Position numbers and translations under genes: made by a program. Source: Owenia fusiformis (taxonomy: Eukaryota). Taken from it: 64,000 bases of DNA. Positions 12,806-24,905 of this stretch are shown in pieces. Location: the NCBI GenBank assembly GCA_903813345.2, contig CAIIXF020000001.1, forward strand, positions 19,096,001-19,160,000. The letters are read 5' to 3'. The notes under the pieces are model-generated. The model worked only from the letters and a program-made list of their open reading frames with translations. It ran no database searches and was not told the origin of the DNA. The stretch's first letter is position 1. Each line of letters starts with the position of its first letter.

Positions 12806-15800
12806 ATACCCGCCATGTTATCTGACCTGAACGAGCCACCCGACGGTAAAACTGTAACTACTTGCTCGCTTCTGAGTTATTATTTTATAGTTCGGCATTC
12901 AACCCTTTATCCTGAGGGTTGGAACTGAACTCCTTGGATTTTTCTTTTTCAGAAATAAAATTACTATTGAAAGGGTCCCAACCAGCCAGTCTGTAGCACA
13001 GCAATCTCACTGTGATTTGTTTACTTTTTCAATGACTGGCTCTGAATTGTCACAGTCAATTTTGCTGTTAATCGTTTAAATAAAGAGTGTAAGGTGAAAT
13101 CAATCACTCTGGCAAAGGGTTATGCAAACCAACAAAATATCATCATTTCAACAACTTGCTAGCAGCTATCAAGAAACAAAAAATTACTTTGAAATCTTTT
13201 TTGATGATTCTGTTTGAAAGAAATCGTTTGATGCTCAGAATTCTACCAAAGGTCAACACAGAAGATGCAACATCAGAAAATATGCCCTAATTAACCTGTT
13301 AATTACTGGAGAGGGAACATGAAAGAGATTTTTGGTAGATTAACACCGCCTTACATAAACAAGTTACAGAAATCCTTACATATGCAGATATCCTTATATA
13401 CACAACGCTAATCATTTCCAAAACAATCAAGTAGCCTACATAACTTTAATGTAACTTATGAAGAGAATATATACTTTAATAGGTCAGTTCAATGATCTCC
13501 ACAAGATTTAAGTGGGTGCAAATAGATTCTCAGGTGGGTGCAAGCATATTATCAGAATCTCAGGTGGGTGATGCGCCCTCTTGCTTTAATCACTGCAGTT
13601 ATTCATGATCTTGGTATTGTTTGAGAATTGTTATATGAGAAAAACAAACTGTAAAATTAATAATCATAATACATCACTGGCTTCATTTGAAAATCTTTAC
13701 AATCTGGGAATATCTACGGGGGGAGGTGGATCCCTAACAATAACTTTTTATTTATTTTCAAAGCCTGTGCACCTCACATTTGGGAGGGGGCTCATACCAT
13801 ATGTTTATATGCCTAAATCTTCATTAGAAATTCTTATACATTATATAACCTTATGTTTTTTGAAACTATACAAAATGCCACTGTTAAACTTATATCTGCA
13901 ATTATCAATTGTAACAAAATTAATCCTTCAACATGTTACTCAGAACTTAATGGTTAACTTGGTTTCACTGTATACATTGAAATCTGAGAAATTATGGAGA
14001 TTACAGGCAGTTATCAAATGGTTTAACACATTCCTGTTGGTTTTATAGATTAAAGTTCAGCTGGGTTTTCTATACAGATGTAATGTGAAGTTTTCATCCA
14101 GCTGTAACCAAGCTACATTCACAAAATTAAATTAAACAAGCTTGATTCTCTTTCCAAGGAAAGGCAATGGGTGCTCAGTATGTGAATATGGTACATGTTT
14201 ATCTGCTTCACATCTAGAACTTTCTCTCGTGAAAGTGAGGTTTTAAGAGGGAGAGAGGGTCACAATGTCGAAAATCAACAAGAACATGGTCCGGTAAAGG
14301 TAGCAGGCTAACTATGCTTAATCCTTCATTCTAGTGCCTTGTTGCAAACATGATGTAATGTCAGAACGATACAACATCTTGTTTTATTGTAAAAGCACCA
14401 TTAGTCTGTAAAATAACCCCTTTTTAGCTGTACCTATCCAAAAGTCCAAAAGAAGAAACAAAATCAAAATATTGAAAATGGTACTATTTAAATAAAATAA
14501 AGCATCAGTCTACAAAGGGATATCATGATACGAGCTTCTAGTAGTACCATAAATGAACTTTTTTTAAAGAACACAAAATTTTTGAAACGGGTACCAGATG
14601 CTAATAAATTACAAACAAATTCTATTTAGAGAGGATTATCACAGACCTGTGCCTCTCTACCAACTGCCCAAGATCAATAGTAATAAGAAGATCTCTAACT
14701 TTCTAATATATATTTTTCCCATGCGGCAAATCACTTTCCAATTAACTTAACAAATTCATTCATCAATAAACCATAAACCAACCATTTTTTCTATATATGA
14801 CCGTGCTTTTGGCTCCAACAAAAAAATCAGGGTCCATGACCCCAGTCATTCTGGAAAACTTCTTTCAAATATCACTGAGGAACAATCACCAAAAAATGTC
14901 TGCAATAGTTCAGATGATATACCACTATAAGGTCAAAAAGGTATCGAAACAAGAGAATACAACAACTCACGGTCTCACAATTTCCAAATAGAGAAACTTT
15001 TATTCTAAAACCTTTAAAACAAGATAAATATACAAATTGATGGCAACATAATTTGGTTGATTCTCATCAATTCAAGATTTCCCTTATCTTACAATGTGAT
15101 ACATATATAGGACTTAATACGGATCATTTTACCCTTTACAAAAGCAAGAATATGCTACTGTGGCTTTTGCCAATGGGAATTCAGGATATATCTCATCTCC
15201 TTAGTAAACTCATAATGGATGATCATATTACAGACACAGATCTCTTCATATGCAATAATAGAATTTATCATTATAATTACTGTACTTTAGTATAATTACA
15301 TTGAATTGTTAGTTCTGTGTTGTTCAAAATAGAGGAATTTTGTTATTAGACATGGGCGAATGATAATTTTTCATTGCATAATAGATCCTTATTAGTGTCA
15401 GATATACAGAGGAAATCAGATTATGGAATTGAACCCCCTGTAGGCAAGTTATTATCAATTTTCTTTATAACTGTCTTTCCAGACATTATAGAATAATATT
15501 GCAGATTCACCAACTGTATGATGTAATCATCTACCAGAAAACATTCACATAAACAGGCAATCGCTAACAGTACCGCATGGAATGATTTTGGCACATTTGT
15601 GAAATATGGTACCGTGTGGTATAGAAGACTAAAACAGTACCATGAACACTGTAAGGCATGAAAAGAAGGAAAGAAAGATAGGAAATTTGAGGATGGGTAA
15701 AATTTCACAAAAGTCTTACCAAAATAGAATGTACCTCAGGACAAAGAGAAATTAGATAAAATAGTTCATCACAATGATGCAATGGCAGACACTAAGAAAT

Positions 15801-17357
15801 GAAACACAACAGTCATGTATCTACAATATACAGCAATTATCACATAACTAAACCTTTTAAGCATGAGAAAGGGACCATATTGACCATTCATTTAGCAACC
15901 TTACTTGACATTTCCTCTCATTATACTAGGCAAATAATTAATCAGAATTCCATAATATCCAGTCAAATAGCTACTGTCTATATACCTGCAACAGCTAGAT
16001 CAATATAACCAGCCTCTGATAAGAATTCCTTTATACCCTGTGCAAGAGATTGGCTATGCTCATACTCTGGAATATTTAGAGATATTCATTTGAACCTACA
16101 TCTTAATAGACTATAAAAATATCAAGAAACTTCATTTTCATCTAAATGTCCCTCGTGCACATTAATTTCGTATTCAAACTCCTATAAAAGACTATGAAAG
16201 CTGCATTTGAGCTCGTTAAGATCATAAGAATATCAAAACAGAGGGTGGTATGACTTGACAATGGGGGTTCAGGGTAAAAGTTCTTGAAATGACACATTTC
16301 ACTGATATATCTAAGATCAATAGCCTACATATGATACATTTCCACAATCAACATATTGATTAGCTATCATAGTTGACGTCTCTGAATCTAACTTCATATG
16401 CCTGTCAGAGATGTTGATAATGAGAAGCTGAGAGGGGATTTTATTAGTACCATAATAGTGACAGTGTAGTTACAGGCCCTCGTGAGTGGGGATCACAGGG
16501 GCTTGTAGCTAGACTATGAGCATTGGTAATATAGCGTAGTATTGTAGAGTAGTAAAATTTGACAAAATTGATGTTAGCGTCTCCCATGTTTTGAAAATTA
16601 TCTTACATCCATCTTGAAACCTGCACATCTTGAAAACTGTCACAATAGGAAATCTTGCTCTTTACATGAAGATGAAGCTCCCTTTTAAGAGGCAAAGTCA
16701 AATAGATGGAAAGAGTATGCTGTAATAAGGTTTATCTTTTGTATTTTTCCTAATATTATGAAGAACCCAAAAATATAATAGAACATAGCGAAAAAAATAA
16801 TATCAAGATCTCAGAGTATACCATTCAAAACGAAAACAAACCCCAACTATCCCAAATGTTGATCCAAAGTAAAAAGAAACAATGTCTAATCAAGTACAAT
16901 TATCACAGTGTAATACCTAAGATATTTCATTCACTGTGAAGTCATTACAATACATGATTCTCAATGCATTGAAAAAAGTTGAAGATACTAGCATTCTTTC
17001 AAGATGAACCATTCAGTCTCAAATGATGTGGGACAGACAAATACAGTCTCTAGGTTCATAAGTGTATCAAAGGGGCAACATCCATCCGTAAAGAGATGGC
17101 ATAACACATAAAACAAAATATTTCAAAATGGTCATCAGGAGAAAACTATGGCTGATTTTGATACATACATCCATTCAGTAAAACAGGCAAATCAACCACT
17201 GTCACTTTGACCCATTGTTTTTAAAGAATACAGCAGCTGATTACCAATCACTTCTAATGATGCAGATTGATCCAGTGAGGTCTAGTATGTTAATCATTTG
17301 GCAATAAGTTAACAGTGTGTTGTTCACTTGGAATAGTGTACTAGAAACACAACGATA

Positions 17358-17506
17358 CAGTAAAACCTGTATAAATGAAAACCCTTGGTACCTAAAGAGT
17401 GTGTTTTACTTGCAAGGTGTTCTACTTGCAGGAGTTTGTTTTATATAATATTTTCATTTTGAAGGTGTTTTGTTTTAAGAAGTGTTCCAATAAACAGGTT
17501 TTACTT
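17358..17506. mobile_element. pogo/Tigger-like MITE
   Basis: TA-CAGTAAAACCTGT ... ACAGGTTTTACT ends. Another left end occurs at 47004. Confidence 0.65.
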
Positions 17507-17710
17507 TTTATGATGTGATAAGCAAAACATCTGATACTGTATGTAACATCTAAATTTGTTTTGTACCTAGCAACAGCAATAATGAAAAAAATAAAAGAGA
17601 TGGCATGGTTTATTATATGCAGCATCTACTTTTCTAAGGAGATAGACAAAAGGGTCAGAAAATCAGAATTCATGAGAATTGCAAGAATTCAAAGACTCGC
17701 TACATAACTA

Positions 17711-17866
17711 CAATGATCTCCAGAGGATTTTTTTCTCAAGCGGGTGCAATATTCTCATTTTCCGTGTACATGTAGGTGCAAATGAATTCTTGGGTGGGTG
17801 CAAGCCTTTTATCAAAATCTAAAGTGGGTGCTGCGCCCACTTGCGTTAATGCTGGGGAGATCATTG
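17711..17866. mobile_element. hAT-like MITE with 5-bp TSD
   Basis: TIR CAATGATCTCCC, TSD AACTA. Related sequence at ~13490-13600, ~790-830 and ~33190-33310. Confidence 0.8.
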
Positions 17867-19419
17867 AACTAAGACTTTTTACATAACATATAGACTTGTA
17901 CACTGATATTATCATGAGCAATCAGCCTTAATAACTCACTCTGATCTACTTGAGAAAGGGATTACAAAAATTTCAACATACATGTAGTTATATGTCACCT
18001 TACTAGACACTGTTATAACAACAAACACAGTAGGGAAACCTGGCCATGTGAATCAAATCATAAAGCATGAATTTTGTAAAATAACATTTTTACAACAATG
18101 TGCTTTTAAATTGGGATATTAAGATTGCATTGATCATGAAATGATACCTATTAGTACCATGACACAATGATTAGAGTGCACATTAAATCAGAACGAATAA
18201 TTTGATGTAATAAAATATTTTTTCCCTGCAGGCATTTTTATGACATATATGAAATACTGCTTCATATACATAGACTGAAATTGACTGTCCTTATCTAAAC
18301 CTGTTCCATTTGTTAAGTTGCACATTTGAAGTAATACAACCAACAGTTGGAAACATTCTTCGATGTTTGTTAGGAGCCCATGATAAAGTGACGTATCACT
18401 CTATACAAGAGAGAATATCTGCATAACATTTCTGTTTCCAAAATATCAATATGCCTTCTATAATGTAGATAGAAAGAATATGATCTTAAAAGATTATTAC
18501 CGGTATGTGTTATTGAGGTCTATGTGAATTCCTTATGACAAGAGATGGTTCAACAAGTTTCATCAATCACATATCTTTATTGATTATTATCTGAATAATT
18601 AAACCTGAACAAATCATTAATTCTGTAAACGTATCATCTTTGTCGCAAAATGTTATCTTTTATTTATTCATAAAGGTTTAATAAAAATTCTCTCATTGGC
18701 AATACATGTAATATACAGATAAATTCATCCATAGATCATAAATCAGTCAAACCAATTGTTGTACGAAACAAAAAACAAGCCAAGGTCTGCTGGGCTAATG
18801 ATACTTTGAACAAGACAAGGCTTTGATTATCTAACTATGAGACCAATCGGTACAGTTAAATTACCCTTTTACAGTCAGGAATATACTGATATAGGAAATA
18901 TTTGTCAGTTCTGCACGTTTCATACCCCCAAGAGAACCTTGATGAGAGATAATATATGCTTTGCGTTCTCAAGTAAGAAAACTGGAGCATGATAATGTAC
19001 ATGTATCAATTGCACTCACCCTACAGTATTTGAAAGACGTAACCAGTTTCTAAATAGACATACTGTTATCAGAGTTCTTTAGAAATTTTGAACTACAACT
19101 GGTACCAGCCTACAAGAATTGAAACATCACTGTTGATCAATTGTTGTTCAAATACAGATATTCACAAAAAGAGTTCACAGGATCAAAGTGAGTCATGCAA
19201 ATACAAATTATATAAATGCTAATGGTTTTGATATGTAGGCATACAGTTGTCTCAACTTTTGAGAAAAAATATCAAAATTTACCTTTACAAAAATGGTATA
19301 TCTTTTTAAATTACCAACCGATTCTGGTAGAATTTGTAATTTTAGCGGGTGGCCTTGTATCCCACATAATGGCACTCATATGAAAATAATAAACCCAGTT
19401 ATTTTAAAGATATTCTTAC

Positions 19420-19580
19420 CCAAAATCATCATCCATAGACTTGAAGAAAAATTTGTAATTCGGACGATTCAAAGCATTCTTTAAATCGCCTAAAGTAACC
19501 TTATCCGGTGGTTGTGAGAGTTTAATTAGGTATGGAGTATCCTCATCATCGATGTGGTATATGATCTTAGTTTCCTCCAT
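19420..19580 (-). CDS. dvl: Dishevelled, coding exon 1 (DIX domain N-half)
   Basis: Manual translation [53 protein letters not shown](G) matches the Dishevelled DIX N-terminus. Ends GG|GTAAG (phase 2). Not in the ORF track because it is short. Confidence 0.96.
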
Positions 19581-19599
19581 CCCGGGGGATGGGGTTAAA

Positions 19600-19680
19600 T
19601 CCTAAAAATTGACAATGAAGATTCACCGTCTTCCCAAAATGGCGTCTACCTATTCACGGTGTCTACTGTAATGTGGCTTT
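19600..19680. promoter_or_regulatory. Candidate dvl promoter/5'UTR with YY1-type motif
   Basis: CAAAATGGCG at ~19635-19644 and local CpG enrichment about 60 bp upstream of the dvl ATG. Confidence 0.4.
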
Positions 19681-22600
19681 AAAGTGCATGGCTGGTATTG
19701 ATAACGACATGTAAAAAATTGTTTATAGAAGTCCTTGAGCATACGCTTGTGTCAGATATTTATTTGATATCGGATTTCACTTTCTGCGACTAGAAGTTTA
19801 CTTTCAAAACTAAAATATGGATAATGTTGTCATCCGACATACAATTTTTGCTTTTGAGTCACCAATTCAATTAGTACAAAAATGCTGTTCTCTGTTATGT
19901 GCTTACAGCTTCATATCTTTTCATTAAATGTCGATGTCTTTGATAGAAAACTGAATACATTAATAAAATAGGACAGAAAAACATTATGTAAAATTATGTT
20001 TCATTTTTTAAACTCATAATATTTGGTATTATGAAAATAAATTTGTGAAATGAATATTTATGCATATTGGAAAACGACTCAATGTTTGCAAAATTGAACA
20101 GCCATAACAAACTTGGGGAGTATTCGTAATTGATTTTCAATTTTAGGTTGAGTACTTTGTATTGCTGATGTTCAGTTCAGAGACACTGGATGCACACCAT
20201 TATATGAAGGAAATTTGATGAGCAGTGTGTTAGGCTTTTCAAATTGACAATAGCTATATGTACAGGATGGGCCATAGAAATCAATCACCATCGGGTGTGT
20301 AGACTATATCCTCTAGTCTGATATAGACTAATCGGGTGTGGGGGGTTGGGGTAGTCTATATCCAACAGACTGAATTTCCTGAGAATTCAGTCTATTGATC
20401 ATTATGTCCCTCCTGTGGGAAAAAACAGGAAATTTCCTGCAAACAATTGTCAATTTTAGGAAACTTCACTTCCAAAAAATAAGCATTATGATAATTCAAT
20501 TAAGTAGTAAGGTACAGATAAAAGGTACTAATAAAATCCCCTCTCAGCTTCTCATTATCAACATATCTGACAGGCATATGAAGTTAGATTCAGAGACGTC
20601 AACTATGATAGCTAGGGGGCTAGGTGCGCGGCCTCCAGGATGGGCCTTGGGCTGAAAATGTGCCAAAAATGGAAAAAATACAGTGGCTGACATTTTTTGG
20701 GTACTGAATTTTATTTTCAATAGTTAACCTTAAACTCATAATCTAACTACATTGATGTATTCTTTGTGCTGAAAACTGAAAGATCCATATATGGAATGAG
20801 TTATGTGTTATGTCCAATCAGGGTATCCATAAAGTTTTTAAACATACAGAACTGCCTCAGATCACATAGATAAACCATGCGTAACATACTAAAAGAGGGG
20901 AAAATTACAACTTCTCTCATTAAATGTGAAGAAATCTATGAAAGCCCCATGGAAAATGTTCAATACTTCAATACCTTTATCAGCAATAATACCACTTTAA
21001 AATATGTACATTATTTATGCCATATTGAGATCTTTGCTATCATTTATGAGTTGTTTTATTTTTAAATTGTTTTAATTTACTGACATATAACTTGTTTATC
21101 TTTACACTTGTTTAAACACAGAAACCCAGTTTTAATTTCCCAATATTCCTTCCATACTTGGAGTAAATGATACTGAAATATATTAAAAAGTCACAATATT
21201 GATAAAATATGTTTTTTTAATTCAAAAAGGCTGCATGTGCTACTTATGACAATGATAGTGAGTAAAACCATGCATGTTTTCTGAAATTCAACAGGTCTGA
21301 CTTTATTTCAAGATGATCCTTCTACTTTTAAGGTACTCTGGCAAAGGTTTTGAAAAGAGGGTGTCCCCTTTTGCAATTCTAATGAATTTGGAAATTTTTG
21401 CATCTCATATCTCATTACCTGTAATTTGAATGTTTGATCTGATATCTATTATAATTTTTAGGGGGGCTAATCTTTAGGATTGTTAGGAATGCCTTTTGAA
21501 GATTGTTTGCATTTATTAATTATAGAAATGGTAATTGAATAATTTTAAAGATGGCAGGCCCCATATGAAAATGGAAAACTAGACACTCATTCATTTTCAA
21601 AAATCAAATGTTCGATTTAAGTGTTTTTTACCAAGTCAATCCCAAGAATAGTTTAACTTTTTTTTTTATTTATTGTGATGTATTAAACTTGCATTTTAGA
21701 ATGTTTGTCATAACCATTTCTTTGAATTGAATTTATTCACTCCTTGGAACAAAAGACAAATTTCAAAATGGTGGCAGGAGATTTTAAAATTCTCTCTCAC
21801 TTCTATTAGGATTACTCTTCTACAAGGGGTGAATCACCTTTAAAATTCAAGTAGGTATAAAATAAATGCATTTTTTGATTTAGTTCTGAATTAACTTTAC
21901 ATTTAACCGAAGATAAAGGGTAAATTTTGCTATAATGCCTTGAAATTGACTTATATTTTTCTGACTTCTCCATTTTCAAGCATAGGCCCAGGAACATGTA
22001 TAGTTAATTTCAAATCGAGAAGTTTGTTTCTCTCTGGCTGAGAGAAGAAAAATTTCTTTGGTAGCATCTGGAGAAAAAGTTTGTGAAAAAGCCCAAAATT
22101 AATCCTGACAATGATTATTGCTTGCCAAGAGAAAGGGACTAAACTTAGAGGAAATATAGAATGTCACCCTACTTTTTGGTGATATTGAAGTCATGTCTGC
22201 GCTTCACAGTTCAAAATCAACTTCTATAGTAATTTGACACCACCTTCTAATTTGCTTCACTGATTTCTCAAAACAGATTCCCTCAAAATCAGGAAATTGT
22301 GATGAGCAGGGAAATTCTGTAGGTAAATTGCACAGAGCATTGACAATCACGGACATCTAATACGTTCTTCGAATTGCCCTGGAACTATATTTATACCAGG
22401 ACTGGCATCCAGATCCAAGTATTTTTTAAGACCGCCGACTCTCGTTGGGCTATTTATCCCTATTGACTCAGTTGTTCATATAAATTTACGTACCTTAGAT
22501 GCTTTGTAATCGACGTAGATAGAAAATATTGTTTCCTAAATTGTTCTGGAAAGCGATAATTATAACTAAATGTACTTTGAACAGGTCGACTGACAAAAAA

Positions 22601-22717
22601 GCCGGGCTTCTGGCACGTCTCGTTCTCGCTCTCAAACAAAACGTGAAGAACGTGACGTCACTTCCGAATCATAGCATTCAAAATAAGTAGCGTTTAAATC
22701 CCAAAACCGTATGTGAT

Positions 22718-22802
22718 ATATCGGTGGTCTAGGGGGAGAATCCTTGCTTAGCACGCTGGAGGCCCGGGTTCGAATCCGGTACTCGCTCTTTTGTTTTTTT
22801 TC
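22718..22802 (+). other. tRNA-derived Pol III unit (pseudo-tRNA or SINE head)
   Basis: A box TGGTCTAGGGG (22725-22735), AGC in the anticodon position (22750-22752), B box GGTTCGAATCC (22767-22777), then T-runs. The acceptor stem does not pair. Confidence 0.7.
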
Positions 22803-24338
22803 GAGGTCGTTATCTTCATCGTCTAGTTTACGAATACCAAATGTCGATGTGATGTTTTAATTGATAAATACGAATTCCTTACACATTTCGTTATCTTATT
22901 GTGAAATAGCAAACTAAGAGATATCTTAAGTCGCTAGGAATTAACATAATATTATTTGAAGCGATTTTAGAAAATTTTGAAACCGCCATCTTGGTAATAT
23001 TGATGACGTGATCACCATCGGTCAAGGTCAGGTCAAAAGTCATCCATCTTGCCATTTGCCCGGCGTGTTCTTACCAGTCGACAAAAAACGATGAAATCAC
23101 GTTGAAAATAAAATATACACTTTAAAATTGAGGCTGATCGAATATGACAAGACTCCATTGAATACAGCTGTGCAATTTACAGTCACCAAGATGAGCTAAT
23201 TTCGGAGAGATTCGGGAATTAAAAAAGGTAAGCACTTCCGGTTTCCCAACTTAAAAGTATTTGAAGTCCCAGAATTTCGCCAGAAACATTCTCTCTGACT
23301 GTGTTGACAATAGACCACTCAGACATTTGATGCCAGCTCAATGCAATTTTATTGGTGATTAAAATGACTAGTGGTGGGACTCGCCACCAAAATCTCTCCT
23401 CGAGTAGAATGATAAATTTGACGAGCGAGTAGAGAATTTTGGCGATTATTTTTTTTTTAAATTGAGAAAATTAGAACACCTGGAAATTCAAGGCATTTGT
23501 CACTACTTACATGGACTTTTGGTTTAATGACCATTCAATGATGCAGTTCTGGATGGATTGAGTTCTGTTTTGGATGTTTTAGACTCACATTTACCATATA
23601 TTAGCAATGATATAAGCCTTTTGGATTTTTTCGACTTTGAAATCCCCACTTCCATTAAAATACATATGCGCATAATCTTGCTTTGTGTCTCGTTGTTGAT
23701 TGTGGTACAAGTATGTGTAAAAAGTGAAATTCTTGCTTAAATCAATAATTTTCACCACAAAATAAACAATTCTTAAAATCTACTCATGCTGCTTATTATT
23801 CACTGATAATGGACAACTAGTACTACAGTAATAACACCAGATGCAATGTTAATTAATTAGCGACAAAACTTACCAAATGCTCACTAGTGAACTATCACGA
23901 AATTCAAGATCAATATGCAGGGAATTCAGATGTCGTCTATTTAGTATTTACATATGAGGAAGTAAAACGAAAGAAGAAGCATGATTTATTGCATTAGAAT
24001 ACAATAGAATACAATATTAGACATATTATTGCAAAACAATTACGAGGGACAGTCATTGGTTTCAAATTTCGTGATTATGTTAGACACAGTCTTACCTCTA
24101 AGTGCAAAGGCGAAAGTTCGAGAATTTGAAACAGATTTCAGATTTCCTCTTGAAAATCTTACAAAACACAAGTATTAGAGGCTGACGGTAATTCCGGTTA
24201 TACGGTTTCGGTACGGAATTGAGCATTTACCGGTATTGAAATTATTAACCGGTTAACCGACGATAATCCCCGGGGAAATAAAAGACACGTCGTTTTTTTA
24301 ACTATTTCGTTTAATTTCCACTTTCACGATGCGTACAT

Positions 24339-24707
24339 TTACATAGACATTAAGATGTCCATGTTTGGCAGTTCAGGTGTGATTTCCATGTTTCGCAGTT
24401 CAGGTGTTGTAGCTTCATGCTGAGGCTCAGATTTGGTTGTAGTTATGTTTGGCAGTTCCGGTGTAGTTGTAGTGTCAACGTCAGATCCAGAAACTGAATT
24501 ATGTTTGTAATAGTCATTTACGAACAACAAGGCATTGACAACCTCAGGTTGAAATCGTGCCCGTTTGAAAGTGATGGTGTTGCCAGCTGCACTGAACTGG
24601 CGTTCACTTGACACGGATGACGCAGGAATAGCATGATATGTTTCAGCCAAACTCGCCACATCAGGATATTTTCCTCCGTTCACTTTCCAGAACTCAAGAC
24701 AGTCAAT
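24339..24707 (-). pseudogene. hAT transposase C-terminal dimerisation-domain remnant
   Basis: IDCLEFWKVNGGKYPDVASLAETYHAIPASSVSSERQFSAAGNTITFKRARFQPEVVNALLFV matches the hAT dimerisation-domain pattern. Confidence 0.9.
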
Positions 24708-24905
24708 TTTTTTTTTTTAACATATTATTTATTTCCTTCATAATCAAAAAATACACAAAATATCTACTACCAATCGCCATAGGCATTCTAGGTAGTTTAA
24801 ATTACAATAGAGGATTAATTACAGTAATCATAGATGGTTTATTGGTAATGTGAGAGGTTGGGAGGGAGGGGGGGGGGTTGTCACAAGATACAAATGAGAA
24901 AAACA

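Noticed and set aside
13605-14048. 147-aa ORF
   Set aside because: AT-rich composition, antisense within a dvl intron, and no recognisable homology.
22718-22790. Functional tRNA-Ala(AGC)
   Set aside because: The acceptor stem does not pair and the anticodon stem has a mismatch. Kept as a pseudo-tRNA.
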